DNA of 63,976 nucleotides, filler included, from Octopus bimaculoides (lineage: Eukaryota): NCBI RefSeq assembly GCF_001194135.2. It is 6 parts of 6 records of this genome, joined end to end, with 100 filler letters (N's around TTAATTAATTAA, not from the genome) between each part and the next. Parts side by side here need not be neighbours in the genome. Positions count along the whole stretch, not along the records: positions 21,693 to 53,238 come from NC_068982.1; 5 more parts are not named here. One strand, given 5' to 3'. Every line of letters starts with the position of its first letter. Positions within the stretch are counted from its first letter, which is position 1. The notes below the pieces were generated by a model, which saw only the letters and a program-made list of their open reading frames with translations, was not told where the DNA came from and did no database searches. Shown here piece after piece: positions 28,290 to 41,112 of this stretch. The translations under genes and the position numbers were made by a program.

Positions 28290-29740
28290 GATCACACACA
28301 CTGCAGGATAAACCTCATTACAGCAAATATCCTATCCAGGGCTCCTGGCAGAATACCAACGAAACAAGAGTTCCAGCAGGAGACAGAGTCAGACATGTTC
28401 ATCCGTACTATCATAGAGAACATCTCCGTGAGTGACAAACGACTGGAGGAAATCAGGCAGAAACAAGACACTAATAAAATCCGTGGTCAAATTATCAACT
28501 TCTACAAGATGGACCACTGGCCTGAAGCAGTCACACAATATCTTACTGGTTTGTACGGCAGTACCTAACAGTTTATCAGGGACTCTTACTGTATCAGAGC
28601 CGACTCATCATCCCCGCAGACCTCCAGAAAGACATCTTGGATCGTCTACACGAAGGATACCAAGGTATCGTCAAATGCCAACACTGGCGTGAGACAATGT
28701 TTGGTGGTCAGGTTTTTCCAAGCAAATTGCTGAGAACATAGGAGGGTGTAGTATCTGTGAGAAGGAAAAGAAATATCCACCAGAACCACTACGACCTACC
28801 GAGTTACCTGACTTTCCATGGCAGAAGGTAGGAATGGACTTGTTCGAATTGAAAAGACACAGATATCTATTAGTCATTGACTACTATTCTAGATGGATAG
28901 AGTTATCTCATCTACAGACAACAATATCAAGCATTATCGTTGACAACTGCAAATCAATATTTGCTAGATATGGTATACCGGAGGTTGTCATTTCGGATAA
29001 TGGTTCTCAATTCATATTGAAGGAGTTCTGGGATTTTTCAAATGTTTTTGGCTTTTTACACCTCGCCAGTCGTCTCCATTATCCACAAGGAAACGGAGAA
29101 GCTGAGCGTGCAGTTCAGATAGGTAAAAACTTTCTAAAAAAAGAAGAAAAGCAAATGATCCATATATCGCAGTGCTTAATTATCGCATTACTCCACTACA
29201 ACATGGCAAGAGTCCTGAAGAGTTGTTGATGAACAGGAAACTCAGGAGTTGCATTCCAACAATTTCTTATAAAAATGTATCCTGCCAAGAAAATGTTGAG
29301 CAACACAAAAATGCACTCTCAGCTCAAATTGAAACAATAAGTCAATTTCGACAAACGTCATTGAGTATCTTTTACTGAAGAACAGCCAGTTTGGGTGAAG
29401 ACACCTAAAACCAGTCCAGCCAAAGTGGTGAAACCTATCACCAAGGTCAATACTTGTCGAGGCAGATTCAGGACTACTTCGACGAATCAGAAGCCATCTT
29501 CGCAATAGAAGTGAGAAAACCAAGTTTCCTCAGGTAGCTACTCCAATAGAATTGTCCATCTTACCAACCACACCCAGAAATGTTCCCGAGTACAGCCGCG
29601 ATATTTCAGCAGAACATCTCACCGAACAAATTGACCAAACAAAGACCCAGTTCCCTGCGCACAGGGATGTCCCTGTGTTGACAAATCGGGAATTACCAAG
29701 CCGGCAGTGTACACTAAGAGTGAACTCATAACCTGAAAGG
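28290..29740 (+). mobile_element. Ty3/Gypsy pol remnant (RNase H end, zinc-binding region, rve integrase)
   Basis: ILSRAP; LDRLHEGYQG..C; PWQKVGMDLFE...VIDYYSRW...FARYGIPEVVISDNGSQF...YPQGNGEAERAV; frameshifts and stops. Confidence 0.92.
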
Positions 29741-29744
29741 GGGA

Positions 29745-29934
29745 TCTCGTGTTATCTCCATTAGATTAGTCACCGACCATTACGTGGACTCTCTAGTTTA
29801 AAAGAACACATTCGTTTCCCTAATAGGAAGAGCCCATTACTGTGTATGCTTTGCTAATAAACGGGCATATCTTATCGCACGCTGAATTCTCTTTCTGTTT
29901 ATTAACCAATATCGTCAACGTTCATTATACCACA
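29745..29934 (+). repeat. Probable 3' LTR of the Gypsy remnant
   Basis: Polypurine tract aaaggggga just upstream, internal AATAAA, ends in CA; no matching 5' LTR in the window. Confidence 0.5.
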
Positions 29935-30447
29935 CATGCATGTATGTATGTTTGTATTCATATGTGTACGTGTGTGCATATGTACATATATTTGTATGTG
30001 TGTCTACGTGTGCACGTGCGCGCATATATCTGTATGTTTGTATATATATATATATATATATATATATNNNNNNNNNNNNNNNNNNNNNNNNNNNNNNNNN
30101 NNNNNNNNNNNNNNNNNNNNNNNNNNNNNNNNNNNNNNNNNNNNNNNNNNNNNNNNNNNNNNNNNNNNNNNNNNNNNNNNNNNNNNNNNNNNNNNNNNNN
30201 NNNNNNNNNNNNNNNNNNNNNNNNNNNNNNNNNNNNNNNNNNNNNNNNNNNNNNNNNNNNNNNNNNNNNNNNNNNNNNNNNNNNNNNNNNNNNNNNNNNN
30301 NNNNNNNNNNNNNNNNNNNNNNNNNNNNNNNNNNNNNNNNNNNNNNNNNNNNNNNNNNNNNNNNNNNNNNNNNNNNNNNNNNNNNNNNNNNNNNNNNNNN
30401 NNNNNNNNNNNNNNNNNNNNNNNNNNNNNNNNNNNNNNNNNNNNNNA

Positions 30448-30632
30448 ATTCACTAAAAAAACAACAGACGAGGACAGGTGGTGTAAACAACAAAAGGATG
30501 TATTAGTTTAACGCTCGGGAATAGAGAAAGTCTTTAACGTTTCGAGCTACGCTCTTCAACAGAAAGAATACGGAGAAAACAAGGAGAAAATCACGGAGAA
30601 AAAAAAAATTGAATGTGTTGGTCAGCGATCTA
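30448..30632 (-). mobile_element. Penelope-like element terminal repeat fragment
   Basis: Reverse-complement homolog of 36318-36510; contains a hammerhead-like motif. Confidence 0.6.
30532..30566 (-). ncRNA. Minimal type I hammerhead-like motif (CUGUUGA core variant)
   Basis: Minus strand: cttt CTGTTGA a gagc gta gctc GAAA CGTT aaag; stem I cttt/aaag, stem II gagc/gctc, palindromic ACGT stem III. Confidence 0.5.
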
Positions 30633-30642
30633 TCATGGTGAC

Positions 30643-30679
<37 letters not shown>

Positions 30680-31314
30680 CTTGCGTGTGTGAGTATTTGT
30701 GCGTGTATCTGTGTGTGTATGTGTGTGTCCAAACATGGGTATGTATATAAATGTATATGTGTGTGGGGGCATGTATGTGTACGTATTGGCGTATATAAAT
30801 GTAGATATAGACAAAATGATGTACGTGTACATGTAAGCCATCAAACTAAAAGACCAGTGAATTCTTATAGATCAGCCAAGTACAATCGAAAGTGTAGCCT
30901 ACTATGATGAATAAATCAACACTACAAAGTAATCAAATGCCAATGCCTTTAAAACGGCAGTCCCTTTAATAGCAAAACTATTTAATAGCAAAACCACCAT
31001 CCCACTAAATCCATTTCTTCAATGCAGTTTACCAACAGACTTTCACCCGCAACACGTCTCTTGATACACTCAGTGGCTACTACTAACTTGTATGCCGCGT
31101 CAGACGGATAGGATGCGCCTGAAGCTGAGAATTTGATTTTATGGAGACGATATTTATATATCACAAGGAAACACAACTGGATCTCATAATGCAGGGAAAC
31201 GGTTACATAACCAAATACCTGCAAGCATGGAGAATTACTCTGCGCGGAAACAATTGTAAATATCTAACCGTCCTCCTTCCTGTTGACTCCAACTTTTTCA
31301 AAATTTATATATAT

Positions 31315-31350
31315 ATTAGCAGCTAAGCCCGATTTCACCCGGTTGGTTTT
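31315..31350 (-). mobile_element. Possible Helitron-type 3' terminus of a non-autonomous element
   Basis: Minus strand: accgggtgaaatcgggc weak hairpin, then ctgctaata (CTRR-like) inserted in (TA)n. Confidence 0.3.
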
Positions 31351-32106
31351 GATGATGTGGCTGTGAAACCTGCTCTGTGTAAGCATTCGACTTGTTTGGG
31401 CACACTTCCGTTAAAAAACAATTTTAGAATGACTTTTTTCTGTCAAAACGCTAAAAATAACTGACCAAAAAAAAAAACCAACCAAGATTCAACCAAATCA
31501 AAAAATAAATGCAAATATTAAGCGAACAAAGATGAACCATCTCACTTCCGTTGCGTGCACACACACACACACACNNNNNNNNNNNNNNNNNNNNNNNNNN
31601 NNNNNNNNNNNNNNNNNNNNNNNNNNNNNNNNNNNNNNNNNNNNNNNNNNNNNNNNNNNNNNNNNNNNNNNNNNNNNNNNNNNNNNNNNNNNNNNNNNNN
31701 NNNNNNNNNNNNNNNNNNNNNNNNNNNNNNNNNNNNNNNNNNNNNNNNNNNNNNNNNNNNNNNNNNNNNNNNNNNNNNNNNNNNNNNNNNNNNNNNNNNN
31801 NNNNNNNNNNNNNNNNNNNNNNNNNNNNNNNNNNNNNNNNNNNNNNNNNNNNNNNNNNNNNNNNNNNNNNNNNNNNNNNNNNNNNNNNNNNNNNNNNNNN
31901 NNNNNNNNNNNNNNNNNNNNNNNNNNNNNNNNNNNNNNNNNNNNNNNNNNNNNNNNNNNNNNNNNGAATCGCCCATGTCAAATTTATATGTCTGTAGTTC
32001 ATTGTTCTAACGTCCTGTACCCTGATATGCATCTATATACACATGTAGATGTAAGTATATACATATATGTGTGTATACATGCATATATATTCTTTGTATT
32101 ATATAT

Positions 32107-32152
<46 letters not shown>

Positions 32153-32239
32153 AACAATAAAACCAAGTCGTAGCAAAAACGAAAAAAAGGCACAACAGAT
32201 GATAATCGTAACGTCAAAACTGATAATATCGGACGAATC

Positions 32240-34075
32240 CTAATCATACCATATAGTGCTCATCAGTCAGAACTATTTCACCTTCGGATCCTCCTTCAAC
32301 ATATGCGACCAGCTTTGATGAACTGAAGACCGTGGAGGGAAATGCATGTTCAACATTTCAGGAGGCCTGCAAGAAAACTGGTCTGATATCGGACGACCAA
32401 AAAATACACCGTGCAATGGGGGAAGCAGCTAGTATTCGCTTCGGAGATTCGCTACGCGACTTCTTCGCCATCATGTTTATTTACTGCCGGCCACCTGATC
32501 CGATGAACTTTCGGGAAGAATGAAAAACTGAACCAGGACGAAACCTCATGCAAAGAAACAACATTAAAGCTCTTACCTCTCGCATTGAAAATAAAATATT
32601 GATTCGTCTGCAGGAGCGAATGCAAAGAGATAAACTTGACCTGGTTCGAAATTTCCCACTGCCTCAACCTGAATATAACGAAACTAATCAACTGATACCA
32701 AAGATTATCGCAGAAGAATGTAACTATAACACAGAGTGCCTTCGAATAGTGTCTACAGACATCTACAATACTCTAAATATTGACCAAAAGCACAACTTTC
32801 ATATGGTTGTAAACTCAGTTTTACAAAAGGAAAACAAGGTTTTCGCCTTAAGCGCGAATGGTGGAACTAGCAAAACATATCTTATCAAGGCCATCGTAGA
32901 TTTTCTACGTTCGGAGAAAAAAACAATCGTACTCGCCACAGCTCTGTTTGATATTGTGGCAACATTGCTGCACAATGACCGGATATTTCATTCTTGGTTC
33001 AATGTGCCTATAAACATAATACCGGACTCCTGCTGCAATGTGTCATCTCAGGATGCAACTGCACAACTCTTCAGAATGACCAGTCTATGAAGTCAGCCAA
33101 GGCGACAGGCTCATATACGAATACTTGGATCGTTTCCTACGCAACTCTGTTTGGAGGAGTATTGGTTCTTTTTGTAGGCGACAGGAAGCAGATTCTACCT
33201 GTTGTTAAACGTGGTGGTCGAGCCCAAATAGAGCAAGCCACTTTGAAAACTTCGTAAATCTGGAGGTCTTTGACGGAGTTGAGTCTAAAGAAAAACATGA
33301 GGGTACGAAATTCATCAGATGCAACTTTAGCAACCTATTTAAGCGACATCGGTTCCGAACAATGTCCGTTCTCCGACCCACTGAAGAATGTGATTCAAAT
33401 TTGGCTAGAATCCAAATTCGTCTTTAATGATTTAAGTGAAAACTACAAAATCGTATCATAGCTGTGTTCACAAGCTGTCAACGCCTCAACCAATGAAGAG
33501 GTAAACAGTGTGAATGAGCATATGATTAGCAACTTCCCTCGGGAAAGTCGAGAGTACTGTAGTTCAGATACAACAGCTGACGAAAATTACCACCACTACC
33601 CACAGGATTTCTTGAACCACTTAAATCCATCGGGATTGCCACTCCATAAAATTCAATTGAAAAAGAACTGTCCGATAATGTTCCTTATGAATCTTGATCC
33701 AAGCAATGGACATTGCAGTGGAACGAGATACAAGGTACCAGAACTAAATTCCAAGGTTATTGAAGCAGTGATTGCAACTGGCCCCCACAATGGTAAACGC
33801 CTGTTCATTCCGCAGATACCCCTTATACCAACCGATAACCAGTTTTCGTTCCAATTAAGACGCAGGCAGTCTCCTATGTAACTGGCATTCTCATCTACAG
33901 CAAACAAGGCACAGGGCCATACTTAAGATCGTGTAGGTGTACTTTTACCGACTCCAATGTTTACACGCGGCCAGTTATACGTCGCTATGCGTACAGCACG
34001 GACTCCAGTAACTTGAAAATTAGTGTTGACCCAACACAAAAGAATGTCTACAAAGAAGTTTTGCAATCATATTGA
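32240..34075 (+). mobile_element. Helitron RepHel PIF1-type helicase, decayed
   Basis: SFDELKTVEG..CSTFQEAC; ANGGTSKTYL (Walker A remnant); VGDRKQILPVV; PSGLPLHKIQLKKNCPIM..NLDPSNGHCSGTR; RRRQSP...NKAQG...FTRGQLYVA; many stops and frameshifts. Confidence 0.92.
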
Positions 34076-34193
34076 TATTAAAATCCATTTACATATTTTT
34101 CAGTACATACTGTTGATATGATTTTCGTCCCTCGTTTTATGCCTTCATCGTAGATGGATGGATTTGAGGATGATGATGATGATGATGATGATG

Positions 34194-34232
<39 letters not shown>

Positions 34233-34393
34233 TATAATATATAATAATAATATATATTATATAATATATTAATAATATATTTTTTGGCTCCATGCGATGT
34301 CTTTATTTCCGATGTTTTTGGATAAGTTTCGGAGCAGTGATTTATCGTTCTCACATGTTAAACTTCCTCGGTGTTCTCTCCTTATTCCTGAAC

Positions 34394-34467
<74 letters not shown>

Positions 34468-34469
<2 letters not shown>

Positions 34470-34950
34470 GCCCTGATGCAGTACCAGGCAGTGGCTCTCA
34501 TGGCTTCTGATGTTAATTGATTGGATGTGTTATCATGTACATTGTTTTGTCTTGGTATAAAAGATGGGCTACAGCAAATATTCTGCTTAATACTACAGAT
34601 TTGTTGTCAATTATTTGATCTTAACTATTTGTGCATGTCCCTTAGTGTTTGACGATATGTGCATCTCTGATCACGAGCAGAGGTACTGGGGAAGCATCAT
34701 AGCCATGTGTTGAGAGGAATCCTTTGGGGTTCGAATAATTTACCTTTGGAAAGTTGGGTGTTTTGTTCATCATCCTTAAACAAACCATACAGGGACCTTT
34801 CGAGTTGAAGAAAATTTTAACAGGGCCCCACCTGGAAGGTTATGCGCTGTTAATCTTGACATGAGATCATCTTGTCGCGCACATATGGCTGTCATGAACA
34901 TGCCCGGTGTATCTTTATCAGGCGGATAGTCATGATGGGTATATTGGGTT
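34468..34950 (+). mobile_element. ~560-bp AAT-flanked non-autonomous interspersed element (unclassified), 3'-truncated copy
   Basis: Starts atgccctgatgcagtaccaggcagtggctctcatggc right after (AAT)n; homologous to 43573 and 44717. Confidence 0.85.
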
Positions 34951-36150
34951 TCGTATATGTTGTTTCTGGTTGCCAAGTCCTCGCTGTAAAGGAGTACCTC
35001 ATAAGACATGACAGACTAGGGTAGTACAACCACTAGAATGCTTGTAAATACTACAAAATTAAATCCCATGATAAATGGTACAGGCACCATCCAGAGGATG
35101 TTGTAAATAGCAAGGGCGTCACCGTCCTTTGGAACTTCCCAATATAGATAGACAAAAAAATTTACTCCAATTGACCAGACATTATCAGAAAAACTTATCT
35201 GTTAATTGATATGTCTGTCCCACAGATCAAAAATGTCTCAAGAAAGGAATACAAAAATCTTTCTTACAACAAAGATCTGCAAATTGAAATCGCAAAAATG
35301 TGGAAGTTTGGTACTATGATAATACCAGTAGTAATTGGTACATTGGGAATGATAAAGAAGGGAGTTGAGAAATATATTAAGCAATTTCCTGGTAACTCCA
35401 GTCTCCGTGAGCTACAAAAGATAACCTTGATGGATACAGCCCATTTACTACAGAAAACACTCTTCATCTAAAATAGAATAAATGCGGTGATAGTTTTAGC
35501 AAAAATAGCAAAACAAAAGTGCCCTCGCTACTCTTGGCCTCCGGTGGATACCTGGTAATACGGCAGCTGAAATAAAATTATAATGAAAGGAAACCATAAA
35601 TGATAAAAAGAGAAAAGATTGATAAATATCGAGACCTGAGAATCGAGATCGATAAGATGTGGCAGCTACGAGAGTCAAACATAAAGGGTATCCCTATTGC
35701 CAACGGAGCATTGGGTTCAATGCCACCCAATCTGAAAAAAATATATCTAAAAACTTTAGAAATATACTACCAGCCCTGAGAGGAATCGATAGAAGAACCT
35801 GATTGAAAGCTAAAGAGAGACATTGAAATAAGATAGAGAAATGCTAATTATATCCCATCAAACAGTACAAAACTGATAAAGCAATCATCGACAAAAGTCA
35901 GTTAGACATCAAATGTAAGATGTATAAGAAAGAGAAAAAAATATCAACCATTTTCAGCGTGAGTGCAGGACAGTAGCACAATAGAAGTATGAAAGCAGAC
36001 ATGACTGTTTAGGTAAAAGAATGCATTGGGATGTTAACCGAGTACGTGGCTTCACAACAACAGAAAACTAGTATGAACACGAACCACAGTCTGTGATAGA
36101 AAATTAGTATTAAGACATCTTGAGAAACTTCCCCATAAAGACTAGACATA

Positions 36151-36746
36151 TAGGTGCAGAAGTGACTGTGTGGTAAGTAGCTTGCTTACGAACCACATGG
36201 TTCCGGGTTCAGTCCCACTGCGTGGCACTTTGACCAAGTGTCTTCTACTATAGCCTCGAGCCGACTAAAGCCTTGTGAGTGGATTTTGGCTGACAGAAAC
36301 TGAAAGAAGCCCGTCGTATATATAAATAGATCGCTAACCACTAAATCTTTTTTATTATTTTCTCTCCCTGTTTATCTCTGTGTCCCTTTCTGTCGAAGAG
36401 CGTAGGCTCGAAACGTAAAAGACTGTCTCACTTCCCGAGCGCTAAACTAAGACATATGTTTGTTGTTTACGCACCCGTCTTCGTCTTTTATTTTTTGTAA
36501 ATTCTCACTATGTGCGTGTGTGTGTGTTTGTGTGTCTGTGTTTGTCCCCCCACCATCGCTTGACAACCGATGCTGGCGTGTTTACGTCCCCGTATCTTAG
36601 CGGTTCGGCAAAAAGATTCGATAGAATAAGTACTAGCCTTACAAAGAATAAGTCCTAGAGTCGCTTTGCTCGACTAAAGACGGTAATCCAGCATGGCTGC
36701 AATCAAATGACTGACACAAGTAAAAGAATAGAAAAATAAAAGAATA
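36151..36746 (+). mobile_element. SINE family A with a nested Penelope-like fragment (36318-36510)
   Basis: Full head and tail present; the internal microsatellite position is occupied by a sequence homologous to 30448-30632. Confidence 0.85.
36386..36421 (+). ncRNA. Minimal type I hammerhead-like motif (CUGUCGA core variant)
   Basis: cttt CTGTCGA a gagc gtag gctc GAAA CGTA aaag; GUA cleavage triplet. Confidence 0.55.
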
Positions 36747-37355
36747 CTAATTAAGTAAGAAGATCAGATATGCTGATAGAGGACAAACTAAACAAATACT
36801 ATAAGATTACAGAGTTTGCAATTCCCTACAATAGCAGAGGTAATACCAAAGAAATAATTGAGAGATATCAGGATCTAGCTCGAGAGCTGAGGAAACTGTA
36901 GAAGAACTAAACAACAATTATTCCTTGCCTCCCACGTTGGGATAGTGATTAAGTAGATTACATCGAAGTTCAAGTAGTACTTAATTTATTGACCTGTAAA
37001 AGGAGGAATGGCAAAGTCAACCTCTGGGACTAAATCGTATTTGGAAACTATCGTACAAAAGATATGAACTTATGATGAACTTATGTATACATAAATTGAT
37101 TAGTAAAATGTCCGACATCATGTTTGAATAATGAAAATTCTAGAAATATACAATATCTTTTCCGTAACTTTTATCTTCGACGTAGTTTGCTAAGCTAGAC
37201 ATCTGCACAACAACAGAGTCATGCAATCAAACAAAATCAACATAAGCTGCGGAATTTCCAAGAGGTCTTTCATTCACCTCTCTTGCTTTATAAATATTCT
37301 TCCATTTACTTGTGAACCGAATAATACAGAGGGCGACTACGAATTACAATACAAT

Positions 37356-37444
<89 letters not shown>

Positions 37445-39102
37445 CTGTCTGTCTGTCTATCTATATCTCTCTCTCTCTATATATATATATCTGTCTGTCT
37501 GTTTATTTGTCTGTCTGTCTGTCTATATATCAATCTATATATATATATGTATATATATATGTGTGTGTGTATATATATACACACATACACACACACACAC
37601 ATATATATATATACAAAGAAAATAGAGAGATAATTAAATTAATAATTATCTATTAATTATAAAATTGGACATCATCTCTGACAGCTATTTCGGTTCAAGA
37701 CTTTAGAAATTGATTAACATAATTTAAAACATATTAAACCTGAATCTCATCAGAGTTGGCTAAAAATATGTCATTACATTTTCATGTTCCACTGTATACG
37801 GCTCCAAACCGTTAATTGATAAATGCTATATAGAAAGAACATGGTATGGACCCTATAAAGCGAAGAGAGGTAGTATATTTATCGAAGTAATTACAAAAAT
37901 AAAGAATATGATATGATATTAAAACAATATATCTCTCTAGAGTATTAAATGAAAGAAATTGTGAAGGTGGTTATAAGAATGTGATAGCAGTATATCATAA
38001 ATAATTAACATTATTATTGTTGTTGTTGGCGATCCTATGACCGTGAGTCCGCTGCTCTAACCACTGGGCCATTGCGCCTCCAGTTAACATTATAGATAAG
38101 CAGTATCTAAAATTAATATAATATTATAGTATTATAGTGAACTAATAAAAATACATTCCTTTAGGTGCATTACAACATATAAATACAATAGAGATCAAAT
38201 AAAAATGCAAGATGATATAAATAAAATAAAGTAATAAGATAATGAAAAGTAAAGAATATATTATTGAATAGACAAGTGAGAATTTGTTTTTATGTAAGTA
38301 TAAACATAAAACAGAAGACAACACGCATCTATATACGAAATATAATTAATTAGTTAATTATATGCAAAAGACATGCTAAAAAGTCGGAATTCATTTAAAA
38401 ACAAGATGGAGGTGGGAGAATAATAATATAATTAGGAATTTATGTAATTATATAAGTTAGAAGCTTCTCATTGAAGTAACATAGTCAAATTAAGGCTTAT
38501 ATGATAAAATGCAATATTTGCTATTGAAAACATTAAAAATATAGGTTGTTATCAATACAATTAAATAAAAAGTTTGATAAACAAATTAACAAGAAAAAGA
38601 AAAAAAAATGCGATTCAGATTCCTAATATAGTGTATATTGAGATAATTTACAATCAAAGGGAGGTTAGTAAAATACATGAAATTAATGAAATTAAGTGAC
38701 TAGTATGAGTTGGTTGGATGTTTTAGAGCAGATAAACTTTGTTACAGCATATACAAAGGTTTAAAATTATGGACAGGCAGAAATAGATACGAATGGGCAG
38801 GGAAGAAAGAGGAAGAATTCCATATCAATTGATCAATATATCATTACTTCATATTTCAATATGTCAATATATCAATATAGAGCGAGAAGATGTGGGAAAC
38901 AAATATATAAGTTAATTTAATAATAAATAATTTTTTAAAAAATGTATATATGTATAGAAATGAATGAATAAATAAATAAATAAACAAAAAAGCAATTAAA
39001 TAAAGGTAATAAGATGGCTTGATAAGAAAATATAAATCACCATTCTATAAGATGGGTGAAAGGTATAATGTAAGTAGAAAAAAGTGTATAACGGTCTAAA
39101 AT

Positions 39103-39426
39103 GATGAGTTGTTGGCACTTCGTCGTTTACGAGGTCGAGGGTTCCAGTTGATTTGATCAACGGAACAGCCTGCTCGTGAAATTAACGTGCAAGTGGCTGA
39201 GCACTCCACAGATACGTGTACCCTTAACGTAGTTCTCGGGGATATTCAGCGTGACACAGTGTGACAAGGCTGACCCTTTGAATTACAGGCACAACAAAAA
39301 CAGTGAGAGAAAGTTGTGGTGAAAGAGTACAGCAGGGTTCGCCACCATCCCCTGCCGGAGCCTCGTGGACGTTTAGGTGTTTTCGCTCAATAAACACTCA
39401 CAACGCCCGGTCTGGGAATCGAAACC
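39103..39426 (-). mobile_element. tRNA-derived SINE family C (OK-like), truncated by a gap
   Basis: High identity to 60969-61353. Confidence 0.85.
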
Positions 39427-39726
39427 NNNNNNNNNNNNNNNNNNNNNNNNNNNNNNNNNNNNNNNNNNNNNNNNNNNNNNNNNNNNNNNNNNNNNNNNNN
39501 NNNNNNNNNNNNNNNNNNNNNNNNNNNNNNNNNNNNNNNNNNNNNNNNNNNNNNNNNNNNNNNNNNNNNNNNNNNNNNNNNNNNNNNNNNNNNNNNNNNN
39601 NNNNNNNNNNNNNNNNNNNNNNNNNNNNNNNNNNNNNNNNNNNNNNNNNNNNNNNNNNNNNNNNNNNNNNNNNNNNNTGTAGATGTGTAGACTAGACTGC
39701 TGATACCAGTCAATATGGTATTTTCT

Positions 39727-39755
39727 TCATCTCCTACTCTTGTTTTTGTACACAT
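39727..39755 (-). CDS. Candidate terminal coding exon after exon A (D-VYKNKSRR*)
   Basis: Acceptor cattttgtag|AT is phase-1 compatible and lies 432 bp downstream of the exon A donor. Short enough to be chance. Confidence 0.3.
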
Positions 39756-40187
39756 CTACAAAATGACTTTCTAAAATGAACTTCCATTATGCAGCTGAGG
39801 AGTACATTTTCATTGCACATCTTATGTGGTGTTCTCACTACATAAATAAATGAAGTTTGTACGAAACGTACGTACTGCTATAATCTGATGAATTATTGTT
39901 GCTTTTCTTCATATTTTATTCACCAAATCTCTTGATTTTGTTATTGGTTTTTATCCTACCAAATGCTGGTGCCTCAAACATTTTAAGTACCACATTTAAT
40001 CTTTTGATTAAATTTATATTATTATCATAATTTATATAGAGAGAGAAAAATTGGGCGGAGGGAGAAGCAGAGAGAGAGAGGGGGAGATAGAGAGAGGGGA
40101 GAGAGAATGAGGGATACAGAGAAATAGAGAGGGGGTAGCGGGAGAGGGAGACAGAGAGAAATAATGTAAAGTAATATTTTAACATAC

Positions 40188-40310
40188 CGGCATGTGTGGT
40201 TTCCCACTCATATCTTCTATCTCCTAAATTAGTGCAGGTATGTTTAACACAGTCATTTTTATCGTCAATTGTCCGACCAGCTGTATAGCATATACCATTC
40301 ATAAAACATC
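40188..40310 (-). CDS. Internal coding exon A (123 nt, phase 1-1) encoding a 4-Cys module GCFMNGICYTAGRTIDDKNDCVKHTCTNLGDRRYEWETTHA; probable secreted disulfide-rich protein
   Basis: Minus strand reads tttttatttgtaacttctag|GA TGT ... GCC G|gtatgt. Open frame, length divisible by 3, same Cys spacing as exon B at 23486-23611. Confidence 0.8.
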
Positions 40311-40656
40311 CTAGAAGTTACAAATAAAAACATTTTGTTTTAATCAAAAACTATTGGTTGGGGAGTATAGAATTCTTTTCGAAAAGATTACATCCGTGTA
40401 TTTTCATTTACATTTACTTAAGATAAAAATACTTATTATGCTACTTCTGATGTCAATGTCCCGGTATAATTACAGGGACGTTGATGGTGCTTTACAATCG
40501 AATAAGAGAAAATGGGAAATCAATGTTCGTATCCAGTTGGGCCATGTGTAGATTTCACACATTCACACACATCCGCAAACAGCGCTCACACAAAGTCGCA
40601 TACGCAGACACATATATATTTATAGCTGGACACACACGCATACGCGCCCACACACT

Positions 40657-40705
<49 letters not shown>

Positions 40706-41081
40706 ACACATATATAGATTCCACCACAGTTGACTTAGCCCTTCATTATTTCGAGGTGAATAAAATAAGTATTAGTTGTCTACAAAGCTCAACATATTCG
40801 ACTTAAACCATCCATTGAAATTGCAATCCTCGTTCTAAAATTTCGAACCAATATACATTATGTATGTAATATTTTCTGAGGATTAATGGCCTAGCGGTCA
40901 TAAGATCATGATTTCAATTCCTAGACCATCTGGTGCCTGGTGTTCATCAGCAAAACACTTGACCTCACGTTGCTCCGCAACCACTTCGACGCCTGATGCG
41001 CGGTACATCATGTACCTGTTCAGGCAACATCGGGTTTGAGGAGGAGAGAGATAAAGTAGTAGAGAGAAAAAGAGGTAGAGG

Positions 41082-41112
<31 letters not shown>

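Larger units (their letters stand above)
35030..36910 (+). mobile_element. Several decayed R4/Dong-type (RLE) LINE 3' fragments, one interrupted by a SINE
   Basis: YNKDLQIEIAKMWK...IIPVVIGTLG...LQKITLMDTAHLLQKTL*; C..C...H...C zinc-knuckle remnant; YEHEPQSVIEN. Confidence 0.75.

Noticed and set aside
30982-31224. 80-aa minus-strand ORF with a possible phase-1 exon (ASGASYPSDAAYK...)
   Set aside because: Weak donor, no homology recognised, no module Cys pattern.
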